A stretch of 32,000 nt of DNA from Gemmata obscuriglobus (lineage in GTDB: Bacteria > Planctomycetota > Planctomycetia > Gemmatales > Gemmataceae). Numbering within the stretch: position 1 is the stretch's first letter; every line of letters begins with the position of its first letter. The notes beneath the pieces were generated by a model that was given only the letters and a program-made list of their open reading frames with translations, searched no databases and was not told where the DNA came from. This document shows, piece by piece, positions 7,626-15,935 of the stretch. The position numbers and the translations under genes were made by a program. The stretch covers positions 8,070,001 through 8,102,000 of the forward strand of contig NZ_CP042911.1 of the NCBI RefSeq assembly GCF_008065095.1, in the 5' to 3' direction.

Positions 7626-9470
7626 TCACTCGCTCGGGATCGGCCAGACGTACCCGAGCCGGTGGACCACCTTCCGCACCGCCGCAAGGTCGCTCTCGCG
7701 GACGATCAACCGGTCCCCGGCGACGAAACACTTCCCTTTCAGTTGCCGGTCGTTCGCCAGTTCGGCCGCCACGTGCGCGCTCGCGCACGCGATGATCCGG
7801 GCCGGGCCGTCGTCCCGGATCTGCTCGGCCTTATGCTGCAAATCGGCCAGGAACGTTTCCACGGTCGCGGGCACCGGTTCCGCCGACCGCGTCGCCAGGA
7901 ACTCGCGCAGCTCCTCGATCCGGCCGCCCTGTTCGACCACGCTCACGATCTTCGCCGCCGACAGCTTCCACACCGCCGGCGAGGTCGAGTCGGCGAACCG
8001 CTCCAGCGTCAGCCGATCGGCGGCCGACGGTGTATGGGTGGCGACCACGTCCAGGTTCGCCAGCACGCGGACGGCGTCCGTCTTCTGCGGGGCCGCGGGC
8101 TGGTACGCCTTCACTTGGCCGAGCACCCACGCCCCGAGCGGGTTGATGCGCACGTACAGCAGGCCGTCGTAGCGGCTGAAACAGGACAGGTCGTCCGCGC
8201 CCCACCGCCCCCAGAAGTCCCCGCGCGCCCCTTGGGGCGGCACGTAAGCCACGTCGAGCAGCCCGACGGTGGCGGCGTACTCGAACAGGAGGGCCAGCAC
8301 GAACCGCCCCTGAAGTTGCTCCCAGGAGTGCTCGTCGTCGTACCCCAGGCTGCCGTACTCCGCGTCGGTGATGTACAATTTCCAGGCGTCCCGCTCCCCG
8401 ACGAGCGAGAACCCGCGCTCGGTCGCGCGCATGAAGCGCCAGAGGTCGTCGATCGCGAACCACGCGTCGGGCTGGCAGTCCTTGAGCACCGCGAACACGG
8501 CCTTCCGGCGGGTCGCTGCCGCGGTCAGGCTCGCGCGCCCCTGCCCCTTGACGGCCTCGACCCGCGCGAACTCGTCGAACAGCCGGTTCTTCTCCCACGC
8601 GGCCCACACCTTACCCAGCACCTCGGACGGTTCGCGGTTCAGAGCCGTCCGGCCGGCGGGTGTGAGCTTCAGGACGCCGCTGCGCTTCTCGGCGAGCCCC
8701 GCGGCCTGCACCAGCATGGGCCAGGCGAACGCCTTGATCGCGAGGTCCGCGGCCGGGTCGTGGTCGAACTCGTCCTCATCCTCGGCCGTGTAAAAGTCGC
8801 CGCCGGTCAGCACCCCCGCGACCACTTTGAGGCTCGATTCGGTCGGGTGCTGCTTCTTGTCGGTCACCCGGACCTTGCCGGCGTCGATCAGCCGGAGAAC
8901 GGCGAACAGATCCGCCTCCGCCTCGCGGGCCGTCTCCCGCACCCGGACCGGAACCGTTTCGTCCGGCCCCTTTTGGTCCCAACTCGCTTGAGGGAGGGTG
9001 TGTTCGGCCGGCGGTTCCGTGCGTGTCGGGATCCGGAACGGGTCCGGCGGCGGGAGAAACCGGAGGAGCGGCCGGACGTCGGTCGGCAGGTGCTCGTAGT
9101 CGGGGAAGAACAGGACGAGGTGCGTCGGGGTCTCGCGGCGGTCCCAGTACGAGTGCGGGTTGTTCGACGGCTGAAACCAGTCCGGCTCGCGACCGTGTGC
9201 GGCAACGAACCGGGTGCGGGAGTAGCGCCCGTCGGGGGCGTGGGCGGCTTCGCGGACGGCGAGCTGCGCGAGCGGTTCGAGCCGGTCGTAGAGGGCACGT
9301 AGGCGGGCGGGCGTCGTCATCGCCCCGGCCACCGCCGCGACCAACTCTCCCTTCCTCTTGGGCGGATCGGAGCCGAGAAGCCTCACCAATGGTCGGAGGT
9401 GTTCGGTGGTCAGGCGGTCGAACGCCTGCTCCGCGGTCAGCGCTTCGCGCTCCTGTCCGGCCCGTGCCAT
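7626..9470 (-). CDS. hypothetical protein, C-terminal XPB/Ssl2-N-terminal-like (helicase-associated) domain, tentative
   Basis: 614-aa ORF with non-shadow composition (W, Y, F, K, D present). The C-terminal block VWKLSAAKIVSVVEQGGRIEELREFLATRSAEPVPATVETFLADLQHK...LIVRESDLAAVRKVVHRLGYVWP resembles the helicase-associated domain as I remember it. This needs an HMM check. Confidence 0.7.
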   Translation of the reverse strand: MARAGQEREALTAEQAFDRLTTEHLRPLVRLLGSDPPKRKGELVAAVAGAMTTPARLRALYDRLEPLAQLAVREAAHAPDGRYSRTRFVAAHGREPDWFQPSNNPHSYWDRRETPTHLVLFFPDYEHLPTDVRPLLRFLPPPDPFRIPTRTEPPAEHTLPQASWDQKGPDETVPVRVRETAREAEADLFAVLRLIDAGKVRVTDKKQHPTESSLKVVAGVLTGGDFYTAEDEDEFDHDPAADLAIKAFAWPMLVQAAGLAEKRSGVLKLTPAGRTALNREPSEVLGKVWAAWEKNRLFDEFARVEAVKGQGRASLTAAATRRKAVFAVLKDCQPDAWFAIDDLWRFMRATERGFSLVGERDAWKLYITDAEYGSLGYDDEHSWEQLQGRFVLALLFEYAATVGLLDVAYVPPQGARGDFWGRWGADDLSCFSRYDGLLYVRINPLGAWVLGQVKAYQPAAPQKTDAVRVLANLDVVATHTPSAADRLTLERFADSTSPAVWKLSAAKIVSVVEQGGRIEELREFLATRSAEPVPATVETFLADLQHKAEQIRDDGPARIIACASAHVAAELANDRQLKGKCFVAGDRLIVRESDLAAVRKVVHRLGYVWPIPSE

Positions 9471-9545
9471 ACCGGCCTCGCGTTCGGTTCGTTGCGGAGG
9501 GGAGGTTCGGTCGACCTGTCAGTTACTGAAGGCGGGCTCACAACA

Positions 9546-9578
9546 CTAAAAAACAAGAGCCCGCAACTGCGGGCTCTT
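9546..9578 (-). terminator. rho-independent terminator downstream of tRNA-Ser
   Basis: A 10-bp stem (AAGAGCCCGC at 9555-9564 pairs with GCGGGCTCTT at 9569-9578) with an AACT loop. On the minus strand it is followed by TGTTTTTTAG. Confidence 0.55.
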
Positions 9579-9584
9579 TTCGAG

Positions 9585-9671
9585 CGGAGAGGGAGGGATT
9601 CGAACCCTCGGTACGGTTTCCCGTACACAGCATTTCCAGTGCTGCACAATCGACCACTCTGCCACCTCTCC
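9585..9671 (-). tRNA. tRNA-Ser (anticodon GGA)
   Basis: The reverse complement reads GGAGAGGTGGCAGAGTGGTCGATTGTGCAGCACTGGAAATGCTGTGTACGGGAAACCGTACCGAGGGTTCGAATCCCTCCCTCTCCG. It has a 7-bp acceptor stem, anticodon stem CAGCA/TGCTG with loop CTGGAAA, a long variable arm typical of Ser, and a GGTTCGAATCC T-loop. CCA is not encoded. Confidence 0.9.
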
Positions 9672-9787
9672 AGGTGGGATGAACCTACGGACGCCCGACG
9701 GCGCTAGAAGGTTCACCCGCTTTCAGCATAGGAGACGCGCCGGACGGTGACAACTCGCGAGCCGCCGTTCGCGGTTTTCGGCCCCGT

Positions 9788-10039
9788 CTATCCCTTTCCG
9801 AGCACCAGATCCACCACCCAGCACCCGCGCACGTGTGCGGCGTTCGGGTCGCGGCAGTGTTGCAGAACGTCGGCGGAGTCGCACCCGGCGTCCTGACGGG
9901 CGTTCGCCAAGATCGGGAGCGCAGAGAAGTCTCGCGACTCGTAACCCTGTCGGGCAATCGCGACTGCGGTGGCGGTGCGCCCGCGGCCTTCTTCTTCATT
10001 TCGGCGCGCCGAGGTGTGTTGCAAAGAACACCGCGGCAC
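9788..10039 (-). CDS. orphan C-terminal module of the 'HVRGCWVxDL' family (possible gene fragment)
   Basis: ...AVAIARQGYESRDFSALPILANARQDAGCDSADVLQHCRDPNAAHVRGCWVVDLVLGKG aligns with VLALARGIYDEHAFERMPILADALQEAGCDNDDILDHCR...HVRGCWVIDLLL of 3080..3886. The only in-frame start is a GTG that overlaps the peptidase 3' end by 44 nt. No N-terminal domain is present. Confidence 0.35.
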   Translation of the reverse strand: MPRCSLQHTSARRNEEEGRGRTATAVAIARQGYESRDFSALPILANARQDAGCDSADVLQHCRDPNAAHVRGCWVVDLVLGKG

Positions 10040-12248
10040 GCCCCCACAGCCGTTCCGTCACCACCGGGTCCGAGGTGTACATGTGCGTCACCCCGGGCAG
10101 CGGGAGCGAGTCGAAGTTCTTGCCGGCGCGGAACAGCGCGTCCGACAGCTTCAACGAGTGCCGGTAGTACACGTTGTCGTCGGCCGTTCCGTGGACCAGG
10201 AGGAGCGGGCGCGTCAGGCCCTTCGCGAGCGGCAGCAGGCTCGCCTCGTCGTAGGCCTTTTGAGCCTCTGGCAGGAGACCCATGTACCGCTCGGTGTAGT
10301 GCGTGTCGTAGTCCTCCCAGTCGGTCACCGGGGCGCCCGCGACCGCGGCCTTGAACACATCGGGGCGCCGCAACACCCCGTTGGCCGCCATGTACCCGCC
10401 GAACGACCAGCCCACAATTCCCACGCGGTCCCCGTCGAGTTCGGGGTGCTTCTCGCACAGCAGCCGGAGCCCCTTCACCTGATCGTCGAGCGGGACGGTT
10501 CCGAACTTCTGGTACACGGCGCGCTCCCACTCGCGGCCCCGGCCCGGCGTGCCGCGGTTGTCCACCGCGACCACCACGAACCCCTGATTCGCGAGCCACT
10601 GCGGGACCAGCCAGTTCCGCATCGCCTGAACGACGTGCAGGTGCCGCGGCCCGCCGTACACGTCGAGGATCACCGGGTACTTCTTCTTCGGGTCGAAGTC
10701 GTGCGGGCGCACGACCGCGGTCCAGAAGTCGCCCAGCTTCGCGATCGTCACGTTCAGCTTGAGGTCGGGTTCCACGGCGACCGACGGCAACTCGCCCAGT
10801 TTGGCACCCGACGGATCGGCGATGCGGACGGTCGAGGTGGGCATTCGAGTGAGCGTCGTCGACGTGAACACGCCGATGGCGTGGTTCTTCGAGAACACGG
10901 CCGTGTGCTGGCCGGGGGCACTCGTCAGGTGCTCGAACGTGCGGTCCCGGTCGATTCCGACCCGGCAGACGTGGGCCTGAGTCGGGTCGGCCGAATCGAC
11001 GATGTACGCGTGCTTGTTTGCCGAGTCGAGCGACAGGAACTGGTTGAATCGGGTCAGCGTGTAGTGCCGAAATCGCCCGTCGGGCAGGTGTTCGGTCATG
11101 TTGAGGATGTGGTTTCCGGCACCGGGCAGCTTCGGTAAAGTGTTCCTGTCGCACTGATCGGACCCGTAGAGGACGACCGAGTTCCCGTTGAACTCGGTCG
11201 AACGCGGGAGGAGCGGGACCAGTTCCTGCCAGGGCAGTTCGGGCGCCCCGAGGTCGTGGCAAACGCCGTACGTTTTTCCCGTGTCGGGGTCGTACCGCTG
11301 GAGGCCCCACTCTTTCTGGTTGCGGCTTTGCAACTGGTAAACCAACCCGGCCTTTCCCCAATCGACCCGGGCCAAGTATTCATACCGGTGCATCTCCATC
11401 CACACCGTTTCACCCCCCGCGACCGGCACCACACCGAGCCGCACGGCCACGTTCTTCTTGCCGGGACGCGGATAGAACTGTTCGAGCGGCTTCGCGTTCG
11501 GCTTGAACGGGTCCGCGACGAACCACGTTTCGACCCCGGCGTGGTCGGCTTCTTCGTAGGCGATGTACTTGGAGTCCGGGGACCACCAGTACCCGGTGAA
11601 CCGGCCCATCTCTTCCTGCGCCACGAACTCCGCCAGCCCGTGCGTCTTTTGCACCGTGCCGCCCGTCGTGATTGCGGTTTCGGTGTTAGTCGCGAGGTCG
11701 ATTACGTACACGTCGAACCCGCGGACGTATGCCACCTTTTTCCCGTCCGGGGACCACTTGGGGTCCACAACGGCCCCGCCGGCCCCGGTCTTCAGCTCGG
11801 TCACTTTCCGGGTGGCGCGGTCGTACACGAACAGCCGTCCGGAGAGCGGCAGGAGAATGTTGTTGCCGGCTGCGTCGAAGTGGAAGTCGGCGAAGCCGCC
11901 GGCCGTGAGCCGCATCCGCTCGCGCCGCGCCTTCTCCTCGGGCGTGAGGTTCTCGTCACCGCTCCCGAGCAGCGCCTGAGGCGACAGCAACTCCTTCGTC
12001 TGGCCGGTGGCCACGTCGAACTCGAACAGCTTGAGCGCCGGCTTGTCCGCGTCGGCGCGGAGAAACAGAACCGTCTTACCGTCGGGGGCCACCTTCGGGT
12101 TCTGCGGGCGACCGAGCATGAACCGGCGCGTCTCCGCGAATCGCTTGAGAAACGAGGTGTCCACAGGTTTTCTCGGGGTCGGATCGGCGGCGCGCGCGTG
12201 CGCCCCCAGCGCGAGGGCTGCGGCGAGCGCGGAAAGGGTGAGCTTCAT
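9996..12248 (-). CDS. dipeptidyl-peptidase IV family serine peptidase (S9B), secreted
   Basis: Catalytic motifs GWSFGGYM (Ser), HGTADDNV (Asp) and GVTHMY (His). An N-terminal beta-propeller-like region and the signal peptide MKLTLSALAAALALGAHARA are present. I chose ATG at 12248 rather than the 12287 start in the ORF track. Confidence 0.9.
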   Translation of the reverse strand: MKLTLSALAAALALGAHARAADPTPRKPVDTSFLKRFAETRRFMLGRPQNPKVAPDGKTVLFLRADADKPALKLFEFDVATGQTKELLSPQALLGSGDENLTPEEKARRERMRLTAGGFADFHFDAAGNNILLPLSGRLFVYDRATRKVTELKTGAGGAVVDPKWSPDGKKVAYVRGFDVYVIDLATNTETAITTGGTVQKTHGLAEFVAQEEMGRFTGYWWSPDSKYIAYEEADHAGVETWFVADPFKPNAKPLEQFYPRPGKKNVAVRLGVVPVAGGETVWMEMHRYEYLARVDWGKAGLVYQLQSRNQKEWGLQRYDPDTGKTYGVCHDLGAPELPWQELVPLLPRSTEFNGNSVVLYGSDQCDRNTLPKLPGAGNHILNMTEHLPDGRFRHYTLTRFNQFLSLDSANKHAYIVDSADPTQAHVCRVGIDRDRTFEHLTSAPGQHTAVFSKNHAIGVFTSTTLTRMPTSTVRIADPSGAKLGELPSVAVEPDLKLNVTIAKLGDFWTAVVRPHDFDPKKKYPVILDVYGGPRHLHVVQAMRNWLVPQWLANQGFVVVAVDNRGTPGRGREWERAVYQKFGTVPLDDQVKGLRLLCEKHPELDGDRVGIVGWSFGGYMAANGVLRRPDVFKAAVAGAPVTDWEDYDTHYTERYMGLLPEAQKAYDEASLLPLAKGLTRPLLLVHGTADDNVYYRHSLKLSDALFRAGKNFDSLPLPGVTHMYTSDPVVTERLWGRAAVFFATHLGAPK

Positions 12249-12270
12249 GCGGCCCAGGATACCACACCCA

Positions 12271-12381
12271 GTCGTTTCAGGCTTCAAGTTCCAGGTTCCA
12301 AGTGGGAACCGACTCGGCCCAAGTTCCGGACCATACGTGGAACGTGGAACGTGGAACTAGAAACCTGGAACGTGAAACGAC
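12271..12381. promoter_or_regulatory. GTTCC/GGAAC motif cluster with interrupted inverted repeat and 3x ACGTGGA tandem repeat in a divergent intergenic region
   Basis: GTCGTTTCA...GTTCCAGGTT (12271-12297) is mirrored by AACCTGGAACGTGAAACGAC (12362-12381). ACGTGGA occurs 3.3 times at 12335-12357. GTTCC appears 3 times on the left and GGAAC 6 times on the right. Confidence 0.4.
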
Positions 12382-12596
12382 TTACACCGCCAAGTATGCG
12401 TGAACCGAACGCCGGATCGGGACGCACGGGCTCGGGCGGGTGGGGGTGCCAGTTCTTCGGCCTTGCCCCCTGATCGGTGAATGCCTAATTCTACCATCGC
12501 CCTCTTGCGACTCCGTCTCAACTTGCTCAGCCTGCTAAGCTACTGGCGGCGTCCCCGCCCTCGCAATGCGGCTCGCACCCTCTGTGGAGGTTTGTC

Positions 12597-13619
12597 ATGC
12601 GAACCGCCGTCCGCCGGGCTTTTACCCTGATTGAGCTGCTGGTGGTGATCGCAATTATTGCGATCCTCATCGGCCTCCTGCTACCCGCCGTGCAAAAGGT
12701 GCGCGAGGCCGCCGCCCGCATGAGCTGCCAGAACAACCTCAAACAGCTCGGGCTTGCGTGTCACAACTTCGAGGGTACGAACGGCGGCTTTCCGGCCCGG
12801 CGGCTGACGAACTCCCCTACCCTCGGCCCGAGCGGCGCGACCGTGCGTCCGATCGGCGGGTGGGGGCTGCTGCTGCTGCCGTACATCGAGCAAAACGCCG
12901 TCGCGTCGAAGATGAACCCGGCTTACGACTTCTACGACCCGATTAACGCCCCCTACGTCTCCGCCCCGATCAAGACGTTTATGTGCCCGTCCGTTCCCTT
13001 CACGCGCACGGTCGCGGTGAGCGCCCGGGCCACGGACGTGTCCGCGAACCCCGACAAGAGCACGACGTTCACGGCAGCGGCCGGGTCGAACGACTACATG
13101 ATGTCGAACGGGTTCAGCATGCCCACCACCGGATACGGCACGGGGTGGAATCAGGACGTCGGGTCCAACCGCCACCAGCCGGTGGACGATAACATTTACG
13201 TCAAGTTCAGCCAGACGACCGACGGCCTCTCGAACACCGCCGTGATCTTTGAACAGGCCGGGCGCCCGCAGAAGTGGCAGCTCGGAAAGAAGTACGGCGA
13301 CGAAACCGCACCGGCCTCGAACAGCACCCGCGGAACGTGGGCCGGGTACGGATCGATCTCCATCTACACCTACAACCCGAGCAGCCTCGACGCGAACGGG
13401 CTGATGACTCAGCACTCGGGCAACACTCCTGCCGCGGGCGACCTGCTCTCTTGCACCATCAACTGCGACAACCAGCAGGGCGTGTACTCGTTCCACAGCG
13501 GCGGGGCGGTGCTGCTGCTCGGCGACGGTGCGGTACGGTTCGTCTCCGCCGGTATCAGCGGGCGCACCCTCGGCCAGCTCTTGATCCGCGACGATGGTGA
13601 AGCCGTCGGCAACTACTAA
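12597..13619 (+). CDS. DUF1559 / H-X9-DG protein with prepilin-type N-terminal cleavage/methylation domain
   Basis: [47 protein letters not shown] is the classic planctomycete prepilin-like N-terminus. The C-terminal [19 protein letters not shown] is the H-X9-DG motif. GGAGG at 12585-12589. Confidence 0.92.
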   Translation: MRTAVRRAFTLIELLVVIAIIAILIGLLLPAVQKVREAAARMSCQNNLKQLGLACHNFEGTNGGFPARRLTNSPTLGPSGATVRPIGGWGLLLLPYIEQNAVASKMNPAYDFYDPINAPYVSAPIKTFMCPSVPFTRTVAVSARATDVSANPDKSTTFTAAAGSNDYMMSNGFSMPTTGYGTGWNQDVGSNRHQPVDDNIYVKFSQTTDGLSNTAVIFEQAGRPQKWQLGKKYGDETAPASNSTRGTWAGYGSISIYTYNPSSLDANGLMTQHSGNTPAAGDLLSCTINCDNQQGVYSFHSGGAVLLLGDGAVRFVSAGISGRTLGQLLIRDDGEAVGNY

Positions 13620-13702
13620 ACCGCGGCCCGCGACGAAGGGCTGCGGAGCGGCGGTCCTTCGTCGCGTAAACACTTCTCAGCACGTCGGCGAGGGCCATTC
13701 GG

Positions 13703-14137
13703 ATGACGACGCACGTACCGGTGGGAATACTCCTCGGAAGCCTGCTTGCGGTGGCGGTCGGGTGTGGACCGGCCGGCCCGCCGCCGCTTCCGAAAATGAC
13801 ACCGGTGCATGGGACGGTGTTGTACCAGAACAAGCCGGCCGCCCGGGTGCAGGTGGTGTTCCATCCGTTGTTCGATGTCGGGCCGCGGAAGTTCGCCCCG
13901 TCCGCGGTGACGGACGGCGCCGGCCGGTTCCAACTCGGGTCCGCGAGCACCAGCGACGGGGCGCCGGTCGGTGAGTACGCTGTGACGTTCGCCCTCTACG
14001 ACACGTCGAAGAACCCGGACGAAGGCGATATTAAAGTGGACCGCTGGAAAGGCAAGTACAGCGACCCGGCCAAGAGTACGTTCAAAGTGCAGATCCGTGA
14101 CGGGGACAACGCGCTTCCGCCGTTCAAGCTCGATTGA
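13703..14137 (+). CDS. small lipoprotein, carboxypeptidase-regulatory-like fold (usual partner of DUF1559 genes)
   Basis: Lipobox LLAVAVGC, then VHGTVLYQNKPAARVQVVFHP...GRFQLG... typical of the short beta-sandwich proteins found downstream of DUF1559 genes. Confidence 0.75.
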   Translation: MTTHVPVGILLGSLLAVAVGCGPAGPPPLPKMTPVHGTVLYQNKPAARVQVVFHPLFDVGPRKFAPSAVTDGAGRFQLGSASTSDGAPVGEYAVTFALYDTSKNPDEGDIKVDRWKGKYSDPAKSTFKVQIRDGDNALPPFKLD

Positions 14138-14290
14138 GTGTCCCGCGCACACGGGGGGGGCGGCGTGCCAGCGCGCCGCGCGGGCCGAATATCGGCGCGG
14201 TAGCGATCCACGCGAACGGCCGGACCGGAACTCATACCAAATCCGGTTGAAGAGTAAGAGGGTGTACGGCAAATCCGAATTATCCTAAAG

Positions 14291-15483
14291 GTAAGCGTTC
14301 ACGGGTGATGCGGCAGTGTATCAACAGTTGGCGAGGAGCGGATTCACAACGTTCTGTTGTTGAGCTTCAGCTGGAACAAGCGTCGGTACCTTCGCGCCGG
14401 TCCGGTGCGCGGTCACGGCGTCGGTGAGGAACTCCAGGACATGGCGGTTCTGCCGGCGACACGAGGCGATGACCGTGAGGACCCGCTCTACGAACCGGCT
14501 CCCGCGTTCGCTGTCGGTTCCGAAGCTGGTCTTCCGCCAGCACACGGCGTGACGCACCTCACGCTCGGCCGCGTTGTTGGTCGGTTCCACGCCCACCACC
14601 CGCGCGAACGTCCACAGCGACGCCTCGACCGCCAACAACTCCGCGCAGGTGGCGGCCGTCTCGGCGCAGCCGCACGCCGCCCCGCTCCGCAGGTGCGTGC
14701 CGACCTGACGACGCAACGCGGGGATGTAGGTCGAGCGACATGTGGACCGCGCGAGGGCTCCGTCCCGCACCCGATACCAGTTCTCGAACAGGGCGTCCAA
14801 ACACGCCAGCAGAGCCGCGCCGATCGCCTGTCCGGAACCGCTCCGGTCGATCATCGCCTGGAAATCGCGTCGCAGGTGCGCCCAACACACTTGCCGCTTG
14901 TGCGGGCGCAAGTGGGTGTACACCGGATACCGGTCGGTCGTGTGCACCTGGGTCGAACCGGCCCGGAGGTCGTCCAAGGCGGCTCGGCCACGGGTCCGGC
15001 GGATCAGGAACGCCACCACCAGCGTGGTCACGGCGTCAGCGGGCGCGCCCCCCCCCGGCACGTGGACGGCTGGAGGGCCCGGATCTCATCGGGCGGCAGA
15101 ACGGTGCGTTCCGCTTTGGGGTGTCCCGGTTGGCCCCGCGACGCGTGCCCGAGGCCCCCTTGGGCGGGGCCGGGTTCACGTGCGGGGCGTCGGACGACGG
15201 GTGCTTCGACGAGTTGGTCGAGTTCTGGTTGAGACGGGCGGTCAGTTCGGCGACCTGGGCCGTGAGCCCGCGGACCTGGTCCGTGAGCTGGGCAATCGTG
15301 GCTTCGAGTGCCCGGATATACGCCACCACGTGAGGCGGCAGGTCGTCTGGGAGGTCCGGCGGTTGAGGAACAGGTGTCATGGCGTTAGCTCGGTCACAGG
15401 ACACACTCGCCAGTGGCAACCGCCCACGGAAAGGGCTCAAAAGGCACGGGAAAACGCGGGGCAAATCCCCCGTGAACGCTTAC
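14291..15483 (-). mobile_element. IS66-family element, internally deleted and frameshifted
   Basis: Perfect 15-bp terminal inverted repeats, GTAAGCGTTCACGGG (14291-14305) and CCCGTGAACGCTTAC (15469-15483). GTAAGCG ends are the IS66-family hallmark. At 1193 bp it is far shorter than intact members. Flanking 8-mers differ, so there is no TSD. Confidence 0.8.
14321..15380 (-). pseudogene. IS66-family transposase pseudogene
   Basis: - N-terminal leucine-zipper part: IAQLTDQVRGLTAQVAELTARLNQNSTNSSKHPSSD.
- The expected GQPGHPKAERTVLPPDEIRALQPSTC appears only after a frameshift near 15128-15140.
- A second shift lies at a 9-nt homopolymer (15048-15056).
- The C-terminal part is TTDRYPVYTHL..RQVCWAHLRRDF...EPTNNAAEREVRH.
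- The region between the zinc finger and this block, including the first catalytic Asp, is missing. Confidence 0.8.
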
Positions 15484-15485
15484 GC

Positions 15486-15650
15486 GACTTCAGTTACAAC
15501 TTCTGTTGGCCGGTTCGGACGCTGCGGGTGAAGGGTGAGAATGGGCGGTGGCAGAAGCGGACCCCGGCGATGGTCGCCGGGTCAACGGATCACGTGTGGT
15601 CCTTGGCGGAGTGGCTGGCCTACCCAGCCAGGTTCGTGCAGCGCAAGTAG
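15486..15650 (+). pseudogene. C-terminal fragment of a second transposase (YNFC...TPAM..DHVWS tail)
   Basis: DFSYNFCWPVRTLRVKGENGRWQKRTPAMVAGSTDHVWSLAEWLAYPA, then a stop. The YNFCR..H..LR...TPAM.AG..D.VWS..E tail is common to several DDE transposase families. The upstream coding sequence is cut off by the IS66 right end. Confidence 0.5.
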
Positions 15651-15737
15651 GTCACCACCTCTAAGTGCGTTTGCCCTGAATAAACCCCTAAATGGCTGAT
15701 TTACAACACATTGGGAGAATTCGGATTTGACGTACAG

Positions 15738-15935
15738 TCTATTAAAATGGCGACCATATTCGATATATGGCGATCATTTACACGGAATTCACATTTCCCT
15801 TTATCAAATCATTGTTTTTGCTATCCAGGACTACCATCACCCGGAATGATCGATTGTGTAAATATAAAATGATTTCGAGATTGTTAGAAATCGACATAGA
15901 TGCAATTAATCGCGGTGGCGGAACGCGGAGGTGCG
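15738..15935. other. AT-rich island (roughly 35% G+C by eye) in an otherwise GC-rich window
   Basis: CTATTAAAATGGCGACCATATTCGATATATGGCGATCATTTACACGGAATTCACATTTCCCTTTATCAAATCATTGTTTTTGC...GTGTAAATATAAAATGATTTCGAGATTGTTAGAAATCGACATAGATGCAATTAATCG. It contains the near-repeat ATGGCGACCAT / ATGGCGATCAT. No credible gene is present. Confidence 0.7.

Larger units (their letters stand above)
14264..15735. mobile_element. relic of an unidentified IS (outer element), almost entirely replaced by the nested IS66-family element
   Basis: A 22-bp terminal inverted repeat with 2 mismatches. GTACGGCAAATCCGAATTATCC (14264-14285) pairs with the reverse complement of 15714-15735, GGAGAATTCGGATTTGACGTAC. Only a transposase C-terminal fragment survives inside (15486-15650). 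No target duplication is evident. Confidence 0.45.

Noticed and set aside
7662-9302. 546-aa plus-strand ORF antisense to 7626..9470
   Set aside because: Arg/Pro/Gly/Val-rich low-complexity translation. The minus-strand frame has balanced composition and a recognisable C-terminal domain.
9685-11361. 558-aa minus-strand ORF (and 9969..11138 plus) overlapping the S9 peptidase gene and running across the tRNA-proximal spacer
   Set aside because: It is out of frame with the peptidase, whose catalytic triad motifs are unambiguous. The translation is Arg/Pro/Gly-rich.
12335-12381. Possible sigma-54 promoter (TGGAAC resembles the TGGCAC -24 box) or a mini CRISPR-like array
   Set aside because: No TTGC(A/T) -12 element lies at the required 4-5 nt spacing after any TGGAAC. 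The repeats are 7 nt and contiguous with no spacers, so this is not CRISPR.
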